From NCBI GenBank assembly GCA_965228895.1, contig OZ245842.1:960001-1024000 (forward strand): DNA of 64,000 bases, in the 5' to 3' direction. This document shows, in pieces, positions 37,826 to 47,727 of this stretch. The stretch comes from Alphaproteobacteria bacterium. GTDB taxonomy: Bacteria > Pseudomonadota > Alphaproteobacteria > SP197. Every line of letters begins with the position of its first letter. The stretch's first letter is position 1. The notes beneath the pieces were generated by a model. That model was not told the origin of the DNA. It did not search any database and worked only from the letters and a program-made list of their open reading frames with translations. The position numbers and the translations under genes were made by a program.

Positions 37826-38746
37826 ATGACAGTGGTCGACAACGCCGCACCGCTTGAGGCGACGCGTCCGCACCGTTCGCAGTGGACGGATGTCTGGCTG
37901 CAGTTCCGCCACCACAAGGGCGCGCTGGCCGGCGTCATCGTGTTGGGGATTATTGTGCTGGCGGTGATCCTGGGGCCGTCGATCCACGATGTCGACGCGC
38001 AGAGACTCGACCCGCGCATCGCGAACGAGGGCCCGTCGCTGGACCATCCCTTCGGCACCGACAACCTGGGCCGCGATCTGCTGGCGCAAGTTCTGGAAGG
38101 CGGTCGAGTCTCGCTGGCGGTCGGTGTCGTCGCCATGTTGATCTCGCTGGTTCTGGGCACGCTGATCGGGGTGTTGGCCGGCTACTCGAAGCGATTGGAC
38201 GGCCCGTTTATGCGGTTGACGGACCTGTTCCTGGCGCTACCGCTCCTGCCGCTGCTGCTTGTGATCATCCTCTTGTTCCGCGACACCTTGCGGACCAGTT
38301 TCGGGCCGGAGACCGGCATCTTCATTTTGATGGTCGCGGTCATCGGCATCACCAGTTGGATGCAGACCGCGCGGATCGTCAGAGGCGACGTGCTGGCGAT
38401 CAAGGAGCAGGAATTCGTCACCGCCGCGCGCAGCATCGGCACGCGCAAACGCCGGATCATCACGCGTCATATCCTGCCCAATGTCCTAAGCCCGATCATG
38501 GTGTCGGCGACACTCGGCGTCGCCAATGCAATCATCACCGAATCCGCGCTGTCGTTCCTCGGTCTCGGCTTCCCGCCGGACTTCCCGACCTGGGGTCGGT
38601 TGCTGTTCGATGGTGCGAACTTCATGACCATCACGCCCGAACGCGTGATCTGGCCGGGTCTTGCGATCTCGCTGACGGTCTTGAGTGTCAACTACATCGG
38701 CGATGGCCTGCGCGACGCTCTCGACCCGCGGCTGAGAGGGCGATAA
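37826..38746 (+). CDS. Peptide ABC permease (OppC/DppC-like)
   Basis: HPFGTDNLGRD, EFVTAARSIG, ESALSFLGLG and GDGLRDALDP. Confidence 0.93.
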   Translation: MTVVDNAAPLEATRPHRSQWTDVWLQFRHHKGALAGVIVLGIIVLAVILGPSIHDVDAQRLDPRIANEGPSLDHPFGTDNLGRDLLAQVLEGGRVSLAVGVVAMLISLVLGTLIGVLAGYSKRLDGPFMRLTDLFLALPLLPLLLVIILLFRDTLRTSFGPETGIFILMVAVIGITSWMQTARIVRGDVLAIKEQEFVTAARSIGTRKRRIITRHILPNVLSPIMVSATLGVANAIITESALSFLGLGFPPDFPTWGRLLFDGANFMTITPERVIWPGLAISLTVLSVNYIGDGLRDALDPRLRGR

Positions 38747-38756
38747 AACACTAGAT

Positions 38757-39710
38757 ATGGCGCGTCGGGGCATACGAGAACGACTGGTTGCTGGCGAGCG
38801 GCTTCTGCTGGACGGAGCAACCGGGTCGGAACTGCAGCTACGCGGCGTCAACGTCTCGAAGGGCGTCAGCGACGAGGGGCGGCTCGGTGCGTGGTCGGCG
38901 ACGGCCATGGGCGACGCGCCGGATATCGTGCGCGAGGTCCACGAGGATTACCTGAATGCCGGCGCCGATATCCTGACCACCAACAGCTTCTGGACAAACA
39001 GCTTCAAGCTGGGCCTGGTTGGCTTGGCCGACAAGGCGAAGGCCTATACGCGGCTGGCTGGCGATGTCGCCGTCGAGACGCGTGACCGCCTGAAGCCCGA
39101 TGCCCTGGTCGCCGGCGGCATGGCGCCGCCCCATGGCGGGCTGGAACCCGCCGACCCCGTCGACCTGCCGCGCGAGTTCGCCATGCAGGCCGGCGCGCTC
39201 GCCGATGCCGGTGTCGATCTGCTGCTGCTCGAATATGTCGGCTATGTCGACGACTGCATCGCGGGACTTGACGCCGTGGCGTTTACCGGCCTGCCGGTCA
39301 TCCTCGGCCTTCGTCACCTGACGCCGGACGGGTTGATGCAGGGCGGCGAGACGTTCGATGCGCTTGTCGCGGCACTTGGCGACCGTCAGGTCGACGCCAT
39401 CCTGTTGATGTGTACGGAACCTGATCCGACGACCTATTGCCTGCCGGGTCTCAGGCAGGCCTTTCCGGGACCGATCGGCGCCTACGCCAATATTGGCTAT
39501 GAGCAAGCCGAACCCGGCACGGCGACACCTGACCATCAGTTTCACAGCATCGACATTGGGGACGTGACCCCCGAACGCTACGCCGACATCGGACGCAAAT
39601 GGCTTGATCTGGGCGCCACCATCATTGGTGGTTGCTGCGCCACACGTCCGGCCCATATCGCCGCGCTACGTCAGATGATGGACCGCTATCAAGGGAGTCC
39701 CGAACCATGA
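38757..39710 (+). CDS. Homocysteine S-methyltransferase family protein
   Basis: LLLDGATGSEL, VHEDYLNAGADILTTNSF, and Zn-ligand Cys in LMCT and IIGGCC. Confidence 0.88.
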   Translation: MARRGIRERLVAGERLLLDGATGSELQLRGVNVSKGVSDEGRLGAWSATAMGDAPDIVREVHEDYLNAGADILTTNSFWTNSFKLGLVGLADKAKAYTRLAGDVAVETRDRLKPDALVAGGMAPPHGGLEPADPVDLPREFAMQAGALADAGVDLLLLEYVGYVDDCIAGLDAVAFTGLPVILGLRHLTPDGLMQGGETFDALVAALGDRQVDAILLMCTEPDPTTYCLPGLRQAFPGPIGAYANIGYEQAEPGTATPDHQFHSIDIGDVTPERYADIGRKWLDLGATIIGGCCATRPAHIAALRQMMDRYQGSPEP

Positions 39711-40414
39711 TCGACCTCTATACGGCGGCGACGCCGAACGGCCAGAAGATCCACATCATGTTGGAAGAAACAGGTCTCGAGTACCGAGAGACCTGGATCG
39801 ACATCGACAAGGGCGATCAGTTCGATCCGGAGTTCTTGAAGGTCAGTCCCAACAACAAGATCCCGGCAATCCTGGATTCCGACGGGCCCGATGGGAAGCC
39901 GATGGCGGTGTTCGAGTCCGGCGCCATTTTGCTCTACCTCGCCGAGAAGACCGGCAAGTTCCTGCCCGAGGAGCCGCGCAAACGCTGGGACACCCTGCAG
40001 TGGCTGTTCTGGCAGATGGGCGGCTTCGGGCCGATGCTGGGTCAGGCGCATCATTTCAATGCCTATGCGCCGATGCGCCCCGACGGCGCGGTCGTTCTGC
40101 CTTATGCCCAGGAACGCTATACCAACGAGGCCGCCAGGCTCTATGGCGTCCTCGACAAGCAGCTCGCCGATCACGAATACGTTGCCGCCGATGAATACAC
40201 CATCGCCGACATGGCGATCTTCCCGTGGTGCCGCCTGTACAAACGCCAGAACCAGGACATCAACGCCTTTTCGAACGTCAAACGCTGGTTCGAACAGATC
40301 AGCAAGCGTCCCGCTGTCGGCAAGGACATGGACAAACTTGAAGACATCGTGGATGGGTTCAGCAAGGAAAGCTGGGAAACCTCTTTCGGTCAGCGCCAGC
40401 GCGAGCAGAAATAG
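39707..40414 (+). CDS. Glutathione S-transferase, YfcG/YghU (Nu/Ure2-like) class
   Basis: TPNGQK, SPNNKIPAI, FESGAILLYLAEK, GPMLGQAHHF and YTIADMAIFPW. Confidence 0.92.
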   Translation: MIDLYTAATPNGQKIHIMLEETGLEYRETWIDIDKGDQFDPEFLKVSPNNKIPAILDSDGPDGKPMAVFESGAILLYLAEKTGKFLPEEPRKRWDTLQWLFWQMGGFGPMLGQAHHFNAYAPMRPDGAVVLPYAQERYTNEAARLYGVLDKQLADHEYVAADEYTIADMAIFPWCRLYKRQNQDINAFSNVKRWFEQISKRPAVGKDMDKLEDIVDGFSKESWETSFGQRQREQK

Positions 40415-40654
40415 AGGCGGTACCGACATGATCTATGTCAACTAAGACACGTCCACGCTGCTGCTAAGGTCCATCGCACGAGGTCATTGTTGATCTGCAG
40501 GCCGCTTATGCACCCTCAGTCTGATGGCGCTCTGAGCCGAGTAAGTGGTGGCTCATGAAAGCATCGGCGGTCTGCTGCTAGACGTCGGATTCCTGTTGTC
40601 GCGGTCGTGGCCGCGTGACCTGGCTGATCGGGCCATCGGGGAGGCGCGGGTACG

Positions 40655-42364
40655 TTGGAACTGATAGACGCGTTCTTCGATGCGGCACCTTTGGCGGCGC
40701 TGTTCGTGACCGTGGCGCTGGGCTACTTCGTCGGCAAATTCAAGATCGGGCGTTTCGTCCTGGGCGGTATCGCCGGGACGCTGCTGGTCGGCGTCGCCAT
40801 CGGCCAGTTCGACGTCAAGATCGACGGCTCCATCAAGACTATCTTCTTCTCGCTCTTCATCTACGCGGTCGGTTACCAGGGCGGCCCGCAGTTCTTCCAT
40901 GCGTTGAACTTCCGCTCACTCAACCAGCTCCTGTCCGCCTTCATCATGTGTTTCATGGGACTGCTGACCGTACTGGTCGCCGCCTGGCTGTTTGATCTGG
41001 ATCGCGGCATGGCTGCCGGGCTGGCGGCAGGCGGCCTCACACAGTCCGCCATCATTGGCACGGCCGGTGACGCGATCGCCCGGCTCGATGTGGCGCCTGA
41101 GCTGATCAAGCAGATGGAGACCAACGTCGCGGTCGGATATGCGGTCTGTTACATCTTCGGTTCGCTCGGACCGATCATCCTGGTCTCGTGGTTCTTCCCG
41201 ACGGTCATGAAGTGGGACATTCGCGCCGAGGCCTTGAAGCTCGCCAAGGAAATGTCGGGCGGCAAGGCGGAGCTTGAGCCCGGCCAGTTCAACGCCGTGC
41301 GTTCCGTCGTTACCCGTGTGTTCGAGGTCGCGGCCGACCGCCAGGCTGCCGGCAAGACGGCCTTGGCGGTCGACAAAGACCATCCCGATTTGGTCATCGA
41401 GACCGTGACCCGGGACGGTGCGACCTTGGACGCGGCCGATGACACGGTCATCCAGGCGGGTGATGTCGTGGCCGTCACTGGGACGGTCGCTGAGGTCGAG
41501 AAAGCCGCCGCGTATATTGGACCGGAGATCGTCGCGCCCGGCGATTTCCAACTGGTCGAAGAGAACCGCGACATCATTTTGACCAATCGGCATCTGATCG
41601 GCCGTCACCTGCAGGAGTTTCGCGACTTCGTCGACGATGATGCCTGGCGCGGCACATTCCTGATGGCGGTCAGGCGCATGGGACGGGACTTGCCGCTGCT
41701 GCCAAAGCTGGAATTGAAGCGCGGCGACGAACTCACCTTCACCGGCAGGCCCAAGGCGCTCGATCGGCTACAGGCGCAACTCGGCTACAAGATCACCGCC
41801 GCGGCGATAACCGATTTCATCTTTTTTGGCATCGGCATGACGGTCGGCATTTTGTTGGGCCTGGTCCAGTTCAAGATCGCCGGCATTCCCGTCACCATCG
41901 GTACCGGTGGCGGATGCCTGTTGTCCGGGTTGCTGTTTGGCTGGCTGCGCAGCGTGCACCCCCACTTCGCGGCGCTGCCGACAGGCGCGTCGAACTTCTT
42001 GCGCGACTTTGGCTTGGCCGTGTTTGTCGGCATCGTCGGACTGACCGCCGGGCCGCAAGCGCTGGTTACGATTGAGCAAAGCGGCATCACGCTGTTTCTG
42101 CTTGGTGTGGCTGTCACCATCATCCCCACCATTATCACGTTCTATTTCTCGTACTACGTGTTGCGCATCCGCAATCCGATCGAGGCCTTGGCTTGCATGG
42201 TCGGCGGCCGCAGCGCCAATCCGGGCTTTGCCGCCTTGCTCGACAAGGCGGGCAACGCGACGCCGGTGGTCGCCTTCACGGTGACGTACGCCGTCGCCAA
42301 CGTTTTCCTGACATTGTGGGGGCCGATCATCGTCGGGATCATCAGTACGAATCCGCCAACGTGA
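40655..42364 (+). CDS. aspT: Aspartate:alanine antiporter
   Basis: TTG start. N- and C-terminal TM blocks flank two TrkA-C-like domains. FIYAVGYQGGPQFF, GGLTQSAIIG, GGRSANP and YAVANVFLTLWGP motifs. Adjacent to aspD. Confidence 0.9.
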   Translation: MELIDAFFDAAPLAALFVTVALGYFVGKFKIGRFVLGGIAGTLLVGVAIGQFDVKIDGSIKTIFFSLFIYAVGYQGGPQFFHALNFRSLNQLLSAFIMCFMGLLTVLVAAWLFDLDRGMAAGLAAGGLTQSAIIGTAGDAIARLDVAPELIKQMETNVAVGYAVCYIFGSLGPIILVSWFFPTVMKWDIRAEALKLAKEMSGGKAELEPGQFNAVRSVVTRVFEVAADRQAAGKTALAVDKDHPDLVIETVTRDGATLDAADDTVIQAGDVVAVTGTVAEVEKAAAYIGPEIVAPGDFQLVEENRDIILTNRHLIGRHLQEFRDFVDDDAWRGTFLMAVRRMGRDLPLLPKLELKRGDELTFTGRPKALDRLQAQLGYKITAAAITDFIFFGIGMTVGILLGLVQFKIAGIPVTIGTGGGCLLSGLLFGWLRSVHPHFAALPTGASNFLRDFGLAVFVGIVGLTAGPQALVTIEQSGITLFLLGVAVTIIPTIITFYFSYYVLRIRNPIEALACMVGGRSANPGFAALLDKAGNATPVVAFTVTYAVANVFLTLWGPIIVGIISTNPPT

Positions 42365-42412
42365 CGCCGAGCCACGGCTGAACCGAGTGCACAGACTTTA
42401 GGGAGAGACCCC

Positions 42413-44011
42413 ATGGCGAAACAGGATCTCAGCAGCTTGGCGGAGCTCAGCCCGTTCGAACTGAAAGACAAGCTCATCGCCATCGCCTCGTCGAGTGCCG
42501 ATCACATGATGCTGAACGCCGGACGCGGCAATCCGAACTTCTTGGCGACCCTGCCGCGCCGGGCCTTTCTGCGTCTGGGCGAGTTCGCCATGCACGAGGC
42601 CGAACGCTCCTACGCTTACTTGGACAGTGGCTTTGGCGGCCTGCCAGAGCGTGACGGCATTGTCGAACGGTTCGAGATCTATGCGGAGCATCACGCGGAA
42701 GCGCATGGTGTCGGTTTTGTCCATGCGGCGATGACCTACGTGAAGGATCAGCTCGGTATTGCCCGTGACGACTTCCTGCTCGAAATGGTCGCGGCGTTCC
42801 TGGGCTGCAACTACCCGGTGCCGCCGCGCATGCTGGAGAATACCGAGAAAATCGTGAAGGCCTACTTGGCTGAGGAAATGTACGGGGCAACGCCACGGGG
42901 CGGTGACTTTTCGCTGTTCGCGACGGAAGGCGGCACGGCGGCGATGACCTACGTTTTTCAGACGCTCAGAGTCAACGGCATGATCCACCCCGGCGACAAG
43001 ATCGCCCTGGGGACGCCGATCTTTTCGCCCTATCTCGAGATACCGCCCCTGCCGGACTACGACATGGAGATCATCGATGTCCGAATGGATGAGGCGTCGG
43101 ATTGGCAGTTTCCGGCTTCCGAACTCGAGAAATTGAAAGACCCGGACATCAAGGCGCTTTGCGTCGTCAATCCCAGCAACCCGCCTTCGACAAAAATGGC
43201 GGACGACACGCTCGCCGCACTCGCCCAGGTGATTGAAAACGACCGGCGCGATCTCATGATCATCACCGACGATGTCTACGGCACCTTTGCCGACGACTTC
43301 GTCTCGCTGTTTGCCGTATGCCCGCGCAACACGATGCTGGTCTATTCGTTCTCAAAGTACTTCGGCGCCACAGGCTGGCGTTTGGGCGCCATGGCCCTGC
43401 ATGACGACAACGTCTTCGATGATGCCCTTGGTGCCCTTCCGGAGAACGTGAAGGCCGGGCTCGACAAACGGTATTCCAGCCTGACGACAACGCCGCGCGA
43501 GGTCCGCTTCATTGATCGGCTGGTTGCCGACAGCCGCGCCGTCGCGCTCAACCACACAGCCGGCCTTTCAACACCGCAGCAGCTTCAGATGGCGCTGTTC
43601 GCGTTGCACGGATTGATGGACCGGGATCATCGCTACAAGGATGCCGCCAAACACTTGATCCGTGACCGCTATCGCACGCTGTGCCTGCATATCGGGATTG
43701 AAGCCGTGCACGGCCCCAACGAGGTCGACTATTACAGCCTGATCGATCTTCAGGTCTTGGCCGGCCAGCTCTACGGCGCTGACTTCGCGGCCTGGTTTAC
43801 TGACGGCAACAAAGGCACGGACTTTCTGTTCCGTTTGGCCGACAAGACCGGCGTTGTTCTGTTGCCGGGCAAAGGTTTCGAGGTTGTCGACGCGTCGGCT
43901 CGTGTCTCGCTTGCCAACCTGACCGAGGCCGACTATGCAGCGATCGGCGAGTTCACCCGCCAAGTTCTGGATAGCTACTACGACGACTTCAAGAGGGAGA
44001 AAGGCGATTAG
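42413..44011 (+). CDS. aspD: Aspartate 4-decarboxylase (bifunctional aspartate transaminase)
   Basis: LSPFELKDKLI, MLNAGRGNPN, ATEGGTAAM, YSFSKYFGATGWRLG, VALNHTAGLSTPQQ and RVSLANL. Confidence 0.93.
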   Translation: MAKQDLSSLAELSPFELKDKLIAIASSSADHMMLNAGRGNPNFLATLPRRAFLRLGEFAMHEAERSYAYLDSGFGGLPERDGIVERFEIYAEHHAEAHGVGFVHAAMTYVKDQLGIARDDFLLEMVAAFLGCNYPVPPRMLENTEKIVKAYLAEEMYGATPRGGDFSLFATEGGTAAMTYVFQTLRVNGMIHPGDKIALGTPIFSPYLEIPPLPDYDMEIIDVRMDEASDWQFPASELEKLKDPDIKALCVVNPSNPPSTKMADDTLAALAQVIENDRRDLMIITDDVYGTFADDFVSLFAVCPRNTMLVYSFSKYFGATGWRLGAMALHDDNVFDDALGALPENVKAGLDKRYSSLTTTPREVRFIDRLVADSRAVALNHTAGLSTPQQLQMALFALHGLMDRDHRYKDAAKHLIRDRYRTLCLHIGIEAVHGPNEVDYYSLIDLQVLAGQLYGADFAAWFTDGNKGTDFLFRLADKTGVVLLPGKGFEVVDASARVSLANLTEADYAAIGEFTRQVLDSYYDDFKREKGD

Positions 44012-44029
44012 ATCCGTCTTGCTGATGGG

Positions 44030-44878
44030 ATGAACCTGAAAAGAAGGTCGGTCCGGACATCCGATGGCGTGGCATTGAGCTATCTGACGGGCGGCAGCGG
44101 ACAGCCGCTCATCATGCTGTGCGGCTGGTCCCAGGCCGCCACCATCTTCCAGCATCAGTTTGACGCTTTGAGCGCCGCCGCCCGCGTTTTCGTGGTCGAT
44201 TCCCGCGGTCACGGTGAATCGGAAAAACCGGAAAGCGGTTACCGTATAGGGCGTTTGGCCAAGGACTTGTTCGATCTTATCGTCGCTCTCGACCTCGATC
44301 GGCCCGATATCATGGCTCATTCGCTCTCGGCTTCGGTGACATGGTCTTATCTGTTGATGTTCGGTACCGATCGTCCGCCGCGCCGGCTGATCTTCGTCGA
44401 CGAGCCCAGCGCCTTGCTGGCGCGACCGCACTGGAGCGAGGCCGAGAGGGACGAGGCCGGTGCGATTATCCCGTCTCTCGAAGCCCTCGGCGACTTCTGT
44501 ACGAACGTTCGTGCCTGCGATACGCCAGAGCGTCAGGCCGACCTGTTGCGCGGCATGTTCACCGCGGCGGTGTCGGAAGATGATCTGCTCGCCATCGCCC
44601 GGGAGAATCTGAAACTCCCGCGCCGGCATGCGGCCACGCTTCTGGAAGATAACTGCATCCAGAGCTGGCAGAGCCTGATCCCGACCATCATGCAACCGAC
44701 CCTTGTGTTTGCCGGCGAGGCCAGTGTTCATCCGGTCGCCAGCCAACGCTGGATCGCCGAGTCGGTTCACGATGGTCAGCTGGCGGCGATTCCGGCGAGC
44801 GAAGGCGGCAGTCATTTCATGTTTTTTGAGGATCCCGAGCGGTTCAACGAGCGTGTGGTTCAGTTTCTGACGACCTAG
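44030..44878 (+). CDS. Alpha/beta hydrolase
   Basis: CGWSQ, DSRGHGES, nucleophile elbow variant AHSLS and GGSHFMFFEDPERFN. Confidence 0.85.
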   Translation: MNLKRRSVRTSDGVALSYLTGGSGQPLIMLCGWSQAATIFQHQFDALSAAARVFVVDSRGHGESEKPESGYRIGRLAKDLFDLIVALDLDRPDIMAHSLSASVTWSYLLMFGTDRPPRRLIFVDEPSALLARPHWSEAERDEAGAIIPSLEALGDFCTNVRACDTPERQADLLRGMFTAAVSEDDLLAIARENLKLPRRHAATLLEDNCIQSWQSLIPTIMQPTLVFAGEASVHPVASQRWIAESVHDGQLAAIPASEGGSHFMFFEDPERFNERVVQFLTT

Positions 44879-44967
44879 CCGCTACATCGGTTCACTAACG
44901 GACCGTTGTTGTGAGCGCTCGATTGCTGCGGCAGACTGCCGCCATGACACGCTACCATGATTGAGCG

Positions 44968-47541
44968 ATGGATAAGGCGCTTCAGGCCTTGTTTGCCGCG
45001 GTGTTTGACGACAGTCGCGATCCCCTGGCCGTTCGGCACGGGTCGGTCGACGGCGACTTGGACTATGCCAACACCGCATACCGGGAAAAGCGTGAGACGG
45101 CCGGTAAGGCGAATGATGAAGCGGCCGACAGCCCGGCCATCGTGACGATCGGTGGCGCAACCGCCAGAGACTCGTTGAATGTTATCGTCGAGCGCTCTGG
45201 TGGCTTGGCACCCCGTCCATCGCAAGATGCCCTGGCTGCAATTGGGCCGGTCCTCGATTCAATTGCCAACGGCATCGTCATCCACAGTTGCTTCCGGCCG
45301 TTGTTCATGAATCGTGCGGCCCGGGCCATGCTCGACCTGGACGGAACCCATGCGGCGGTCGAAGAACCGACATTGCTGCGTTTCGCGACGTTCGAAGACC
45401 TTCCCCGTTTGCTGGAACGCCATGTTGCAGCGTTGGACGACAATCCTCTTGCGCCACAGACTGTCGGCTTCAACAGCGCAGGTGGTGAGGCGCGGTGGCT
45501 GGAGATTAGCGAGTCCAAGGTCCCTATTGGTGACTGCGACGCGGTCATCATGACGCTTGTCGATGCCAGCGATTTGGTGCGCGCCGGCAAGCGAGAAGTG
45601 TTGTTGCGAGAGGCGATTGACAATCTCTCCGACAGTTTTGTGCTCTACGATGCCGATGAAAGGGTGGTCCTGACCAACCAACGCTTTCACGAGGTCTTTC
45701 CCTACCTGCCGGGCCAGGGCAACATCGTCGGCGCCAACATGGTCGACTTGGTGCGCAGCAGTGTCGAGCAAGGTGCGGTAACCGACCCCACGTTTGCGGA
45801 AAAAGACACCGATACCTGGATTGAGGATTTCATCAATCTCAGACGCCGGGCGAAACTCGCATTGTCCGAAGACACGTGGCCGGACGGCCGGTGGGATCTG
45901 GTCAAGGAGCAACGCCTGGATTCCGGCGGGTTCGTCTCGGTGCGTACCGACATCACCGAACGCAAACGGGTCGAGTTTGCGCTGAAGGACCAGGAAGCGC
46001 GTCTCAACGACGAACTCGCCGAGCGCAGCAAGCATCTCTCGGCGGTCCTCTCGAATGTCGCCCAGGGTGTTCTCGTCTTGTCGCCCGAACTTGAGGTCAT
46101 CCTCACCAATCAGGGTTTTCACGACTTACTCGACTGCCCGCTGGATTTCAGCACGCCCGGGACACCTGTTGCCGATCTGATCGAAGACCGCATTCGCCGC
46201 GGCTATCTCTATCCCAAGGAACATCAGGAAGGGCGTGACGTTGCCGACCTCGTGGCGGAGCGTATTGAGAGCTATTTCTTCGTGAGCGGCCAGGAATATC
46301 ATCAGCTTGACATTGGTGGCCGTACGATCGAGGCCCGTCGTGACCGGCTCTCTGACGGCAGCTTTATCGTCACCTACACGGACGTTTCCGATCGCGTGCG
46401 CGCCGAACAAGAAGTCGAACGCCAGCGTGAAGCGCTTTACCAAAGCGAGAAGCTGTCGGCGTTGGGCATGCTCCTGGCGGGCGTCGCCCACGAGCTGAAT
46501 AATCCGCTGCAGGTCGTGCTGGGCCACGCAGCCTTGTTGGAAAGCGACGCCGCCGACACCGACATGGGCAAACGCGCGAGCACGATTTTGGGCGCTGCCG
46601 AACGCTGTGCCAGGATCATCAAGACCTTCCTGGCGATGGCGCGCGATACACCGGCGTCGCGCCGGCCGGTCCAAGTCAACCAGTTGATCGACCACGCGCT
46701 TGAACTGATGGGTCACCAGCTGAGCCTGAACAACATCAGAATTGATCTCAACCTATCGCCCGGCCTGCCAGATGTCGTCGGTGATCCCGATCAACTCAAC
46801 CAGGTCATCGTCAATCTGCTGATCAACGCCATGCAGGCCATGGAGACGGCCGACGATCCCAAGGTTGTTGTTGTTGAAACACGCCTGGACGCCGTGTCGA
46901 AAGCGGTCGAGCTGGCCGTCGCGGATTCAGGCAGCGGTGTGCCTGATGAGATCAAGACACGGATCTTCGATCCCTTCTTCACCACCAAACCGACGGGCGT
47001 TGGCACCGGCGTCGGGCTGGCCGTGTGCCATGGCATGGTGGTGGCCCACGGCGGCACGATCAGTGTCGAGGATGCTGCTGACGGTGGAGCGAGGTTCTGT
47101 GTCAAGCTCCCCTATCAGTGGGCTTCGGGCGCTGTCGAGCCCATTGCGGATGCTCCATCCGATGCGATCCGGGGCAAGCGGGTGCTGATCATCGATGATG
47201 AAGCCGATATTCGCGATCTGTTGGGCGATATCTTGCAGTCTCTGGACCTGAAAATAGACGATGTGGCCGATGGCCGCGACGCGTTGGACCGTCTGGATGC
47301 CGACGACTACGACCTCATCATCTGCGATCTTTGGATGCCCGACTTGGATGGCAAAGCGGTTTACGCGGAAATGGAGCGGCGGGTTCCCCATCTACTCGAT
47401 CGTCTGATTTTTGTTACCGGCGACCTCTTGAGCCAGCCTACCGATGCTTTCCTGGCCAAAACCGGTCGGCCCTATCTGACCAAACCCTTTTTGCCGGGGC
47501 AGGTCCGCAGTACTGTCGCCGACCTGCTTGCTGATCCCTGA
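44968..47541 (+). CDS. Hybrid sensor histidine kinase (multiple PAS, HisKA, HATPase, REC)
   Basis: [33 protein letters not shown]; receiver motifs IIDDE, CDLWMP and KPF. Confidence 0.93.
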   Translation: MDKALQALFAAVFDDSRDPLAVRHGSVDGDLDYANTAYREKRETAGKANDEAADSPAIVTIGGATARDSLNVIVERSGGLAPRPSQDALAAIGPVLDSIANGIVIHSCFRPLFMNRAARAMLDLDGTHAAVEEPTLLRFATFEDLPRLLERHVAALDDNPLAPQTVGFNSAGGEARWLEISESKVPIGDCDAVIMTLVDASDLVRAGKREVLLREAIDNLSDSFVLYDADERVVLTNQRFHEVFPYLPGQGNIVGANMVDLVRSSVEQGAVTDPTFAEKDTDTWIEDFINLRRRAKLALSEDTWPDGRWDLVKEQRLDSGGFVSVRTDITERKRVEFALKDQEARLNDELAERSKHLSAVLSNVAQGVLVLSPELEVILTNQGFHDLLDCPLDFSTPGTPVADLIEDRIRRGYLYPKEHQEGRDVADLVAERIESYFFVSGQEYHQLDIGGRTIEARRDRLSDGSFIVTYTDVSDRVRAEQEVERQREALYQSEKLSALGMLLAGVAHELNNPLQVVLGHAALLESDAADTDMGKRASTILGAAERCARIIKTFLAMARDTPASRRPVQVNQLIDHALELMGHQLSLNNIRIDLNLSPGLPDVVGDPDQLNQVIVNLLINAMQAMETADDPKVVVVETRLDAVSKAVELAVADSGSGVPDEIKTRIFDPFFTTKPTGVGTGVGLAVCHGMVVAHGGTISVEDAADGGARFCVKLPYQWASGAVEPIADAPSDAIRGKRVLIIDDEADIRDLLGDILQSLDLKIDDVADGRDALDRLDADDYDLIICDLWMPDLDGKAVYAEMERRVPHLLDRLIFVTGDLLSQPTDAFLAKTGRPYLTKPFLPGQVRSTVADLLADP

Positions 47542-47727
47542 GATCGTCGGCAACATATTCAAATCGTTGAGTTTTATGGATCACCGCGACACTTTGATGC
47601 ACACTGTGCACCACGATTGATGCGGCAGGTTCTATGCGAGCAATCCCCCTTACGTCGCCGACTCGCCGGTCAGGCCCTTGCCTGACGCGCCCGAATGCGG
47701 ATTGTTGGTGCGTTCGGCGGTGACCCC

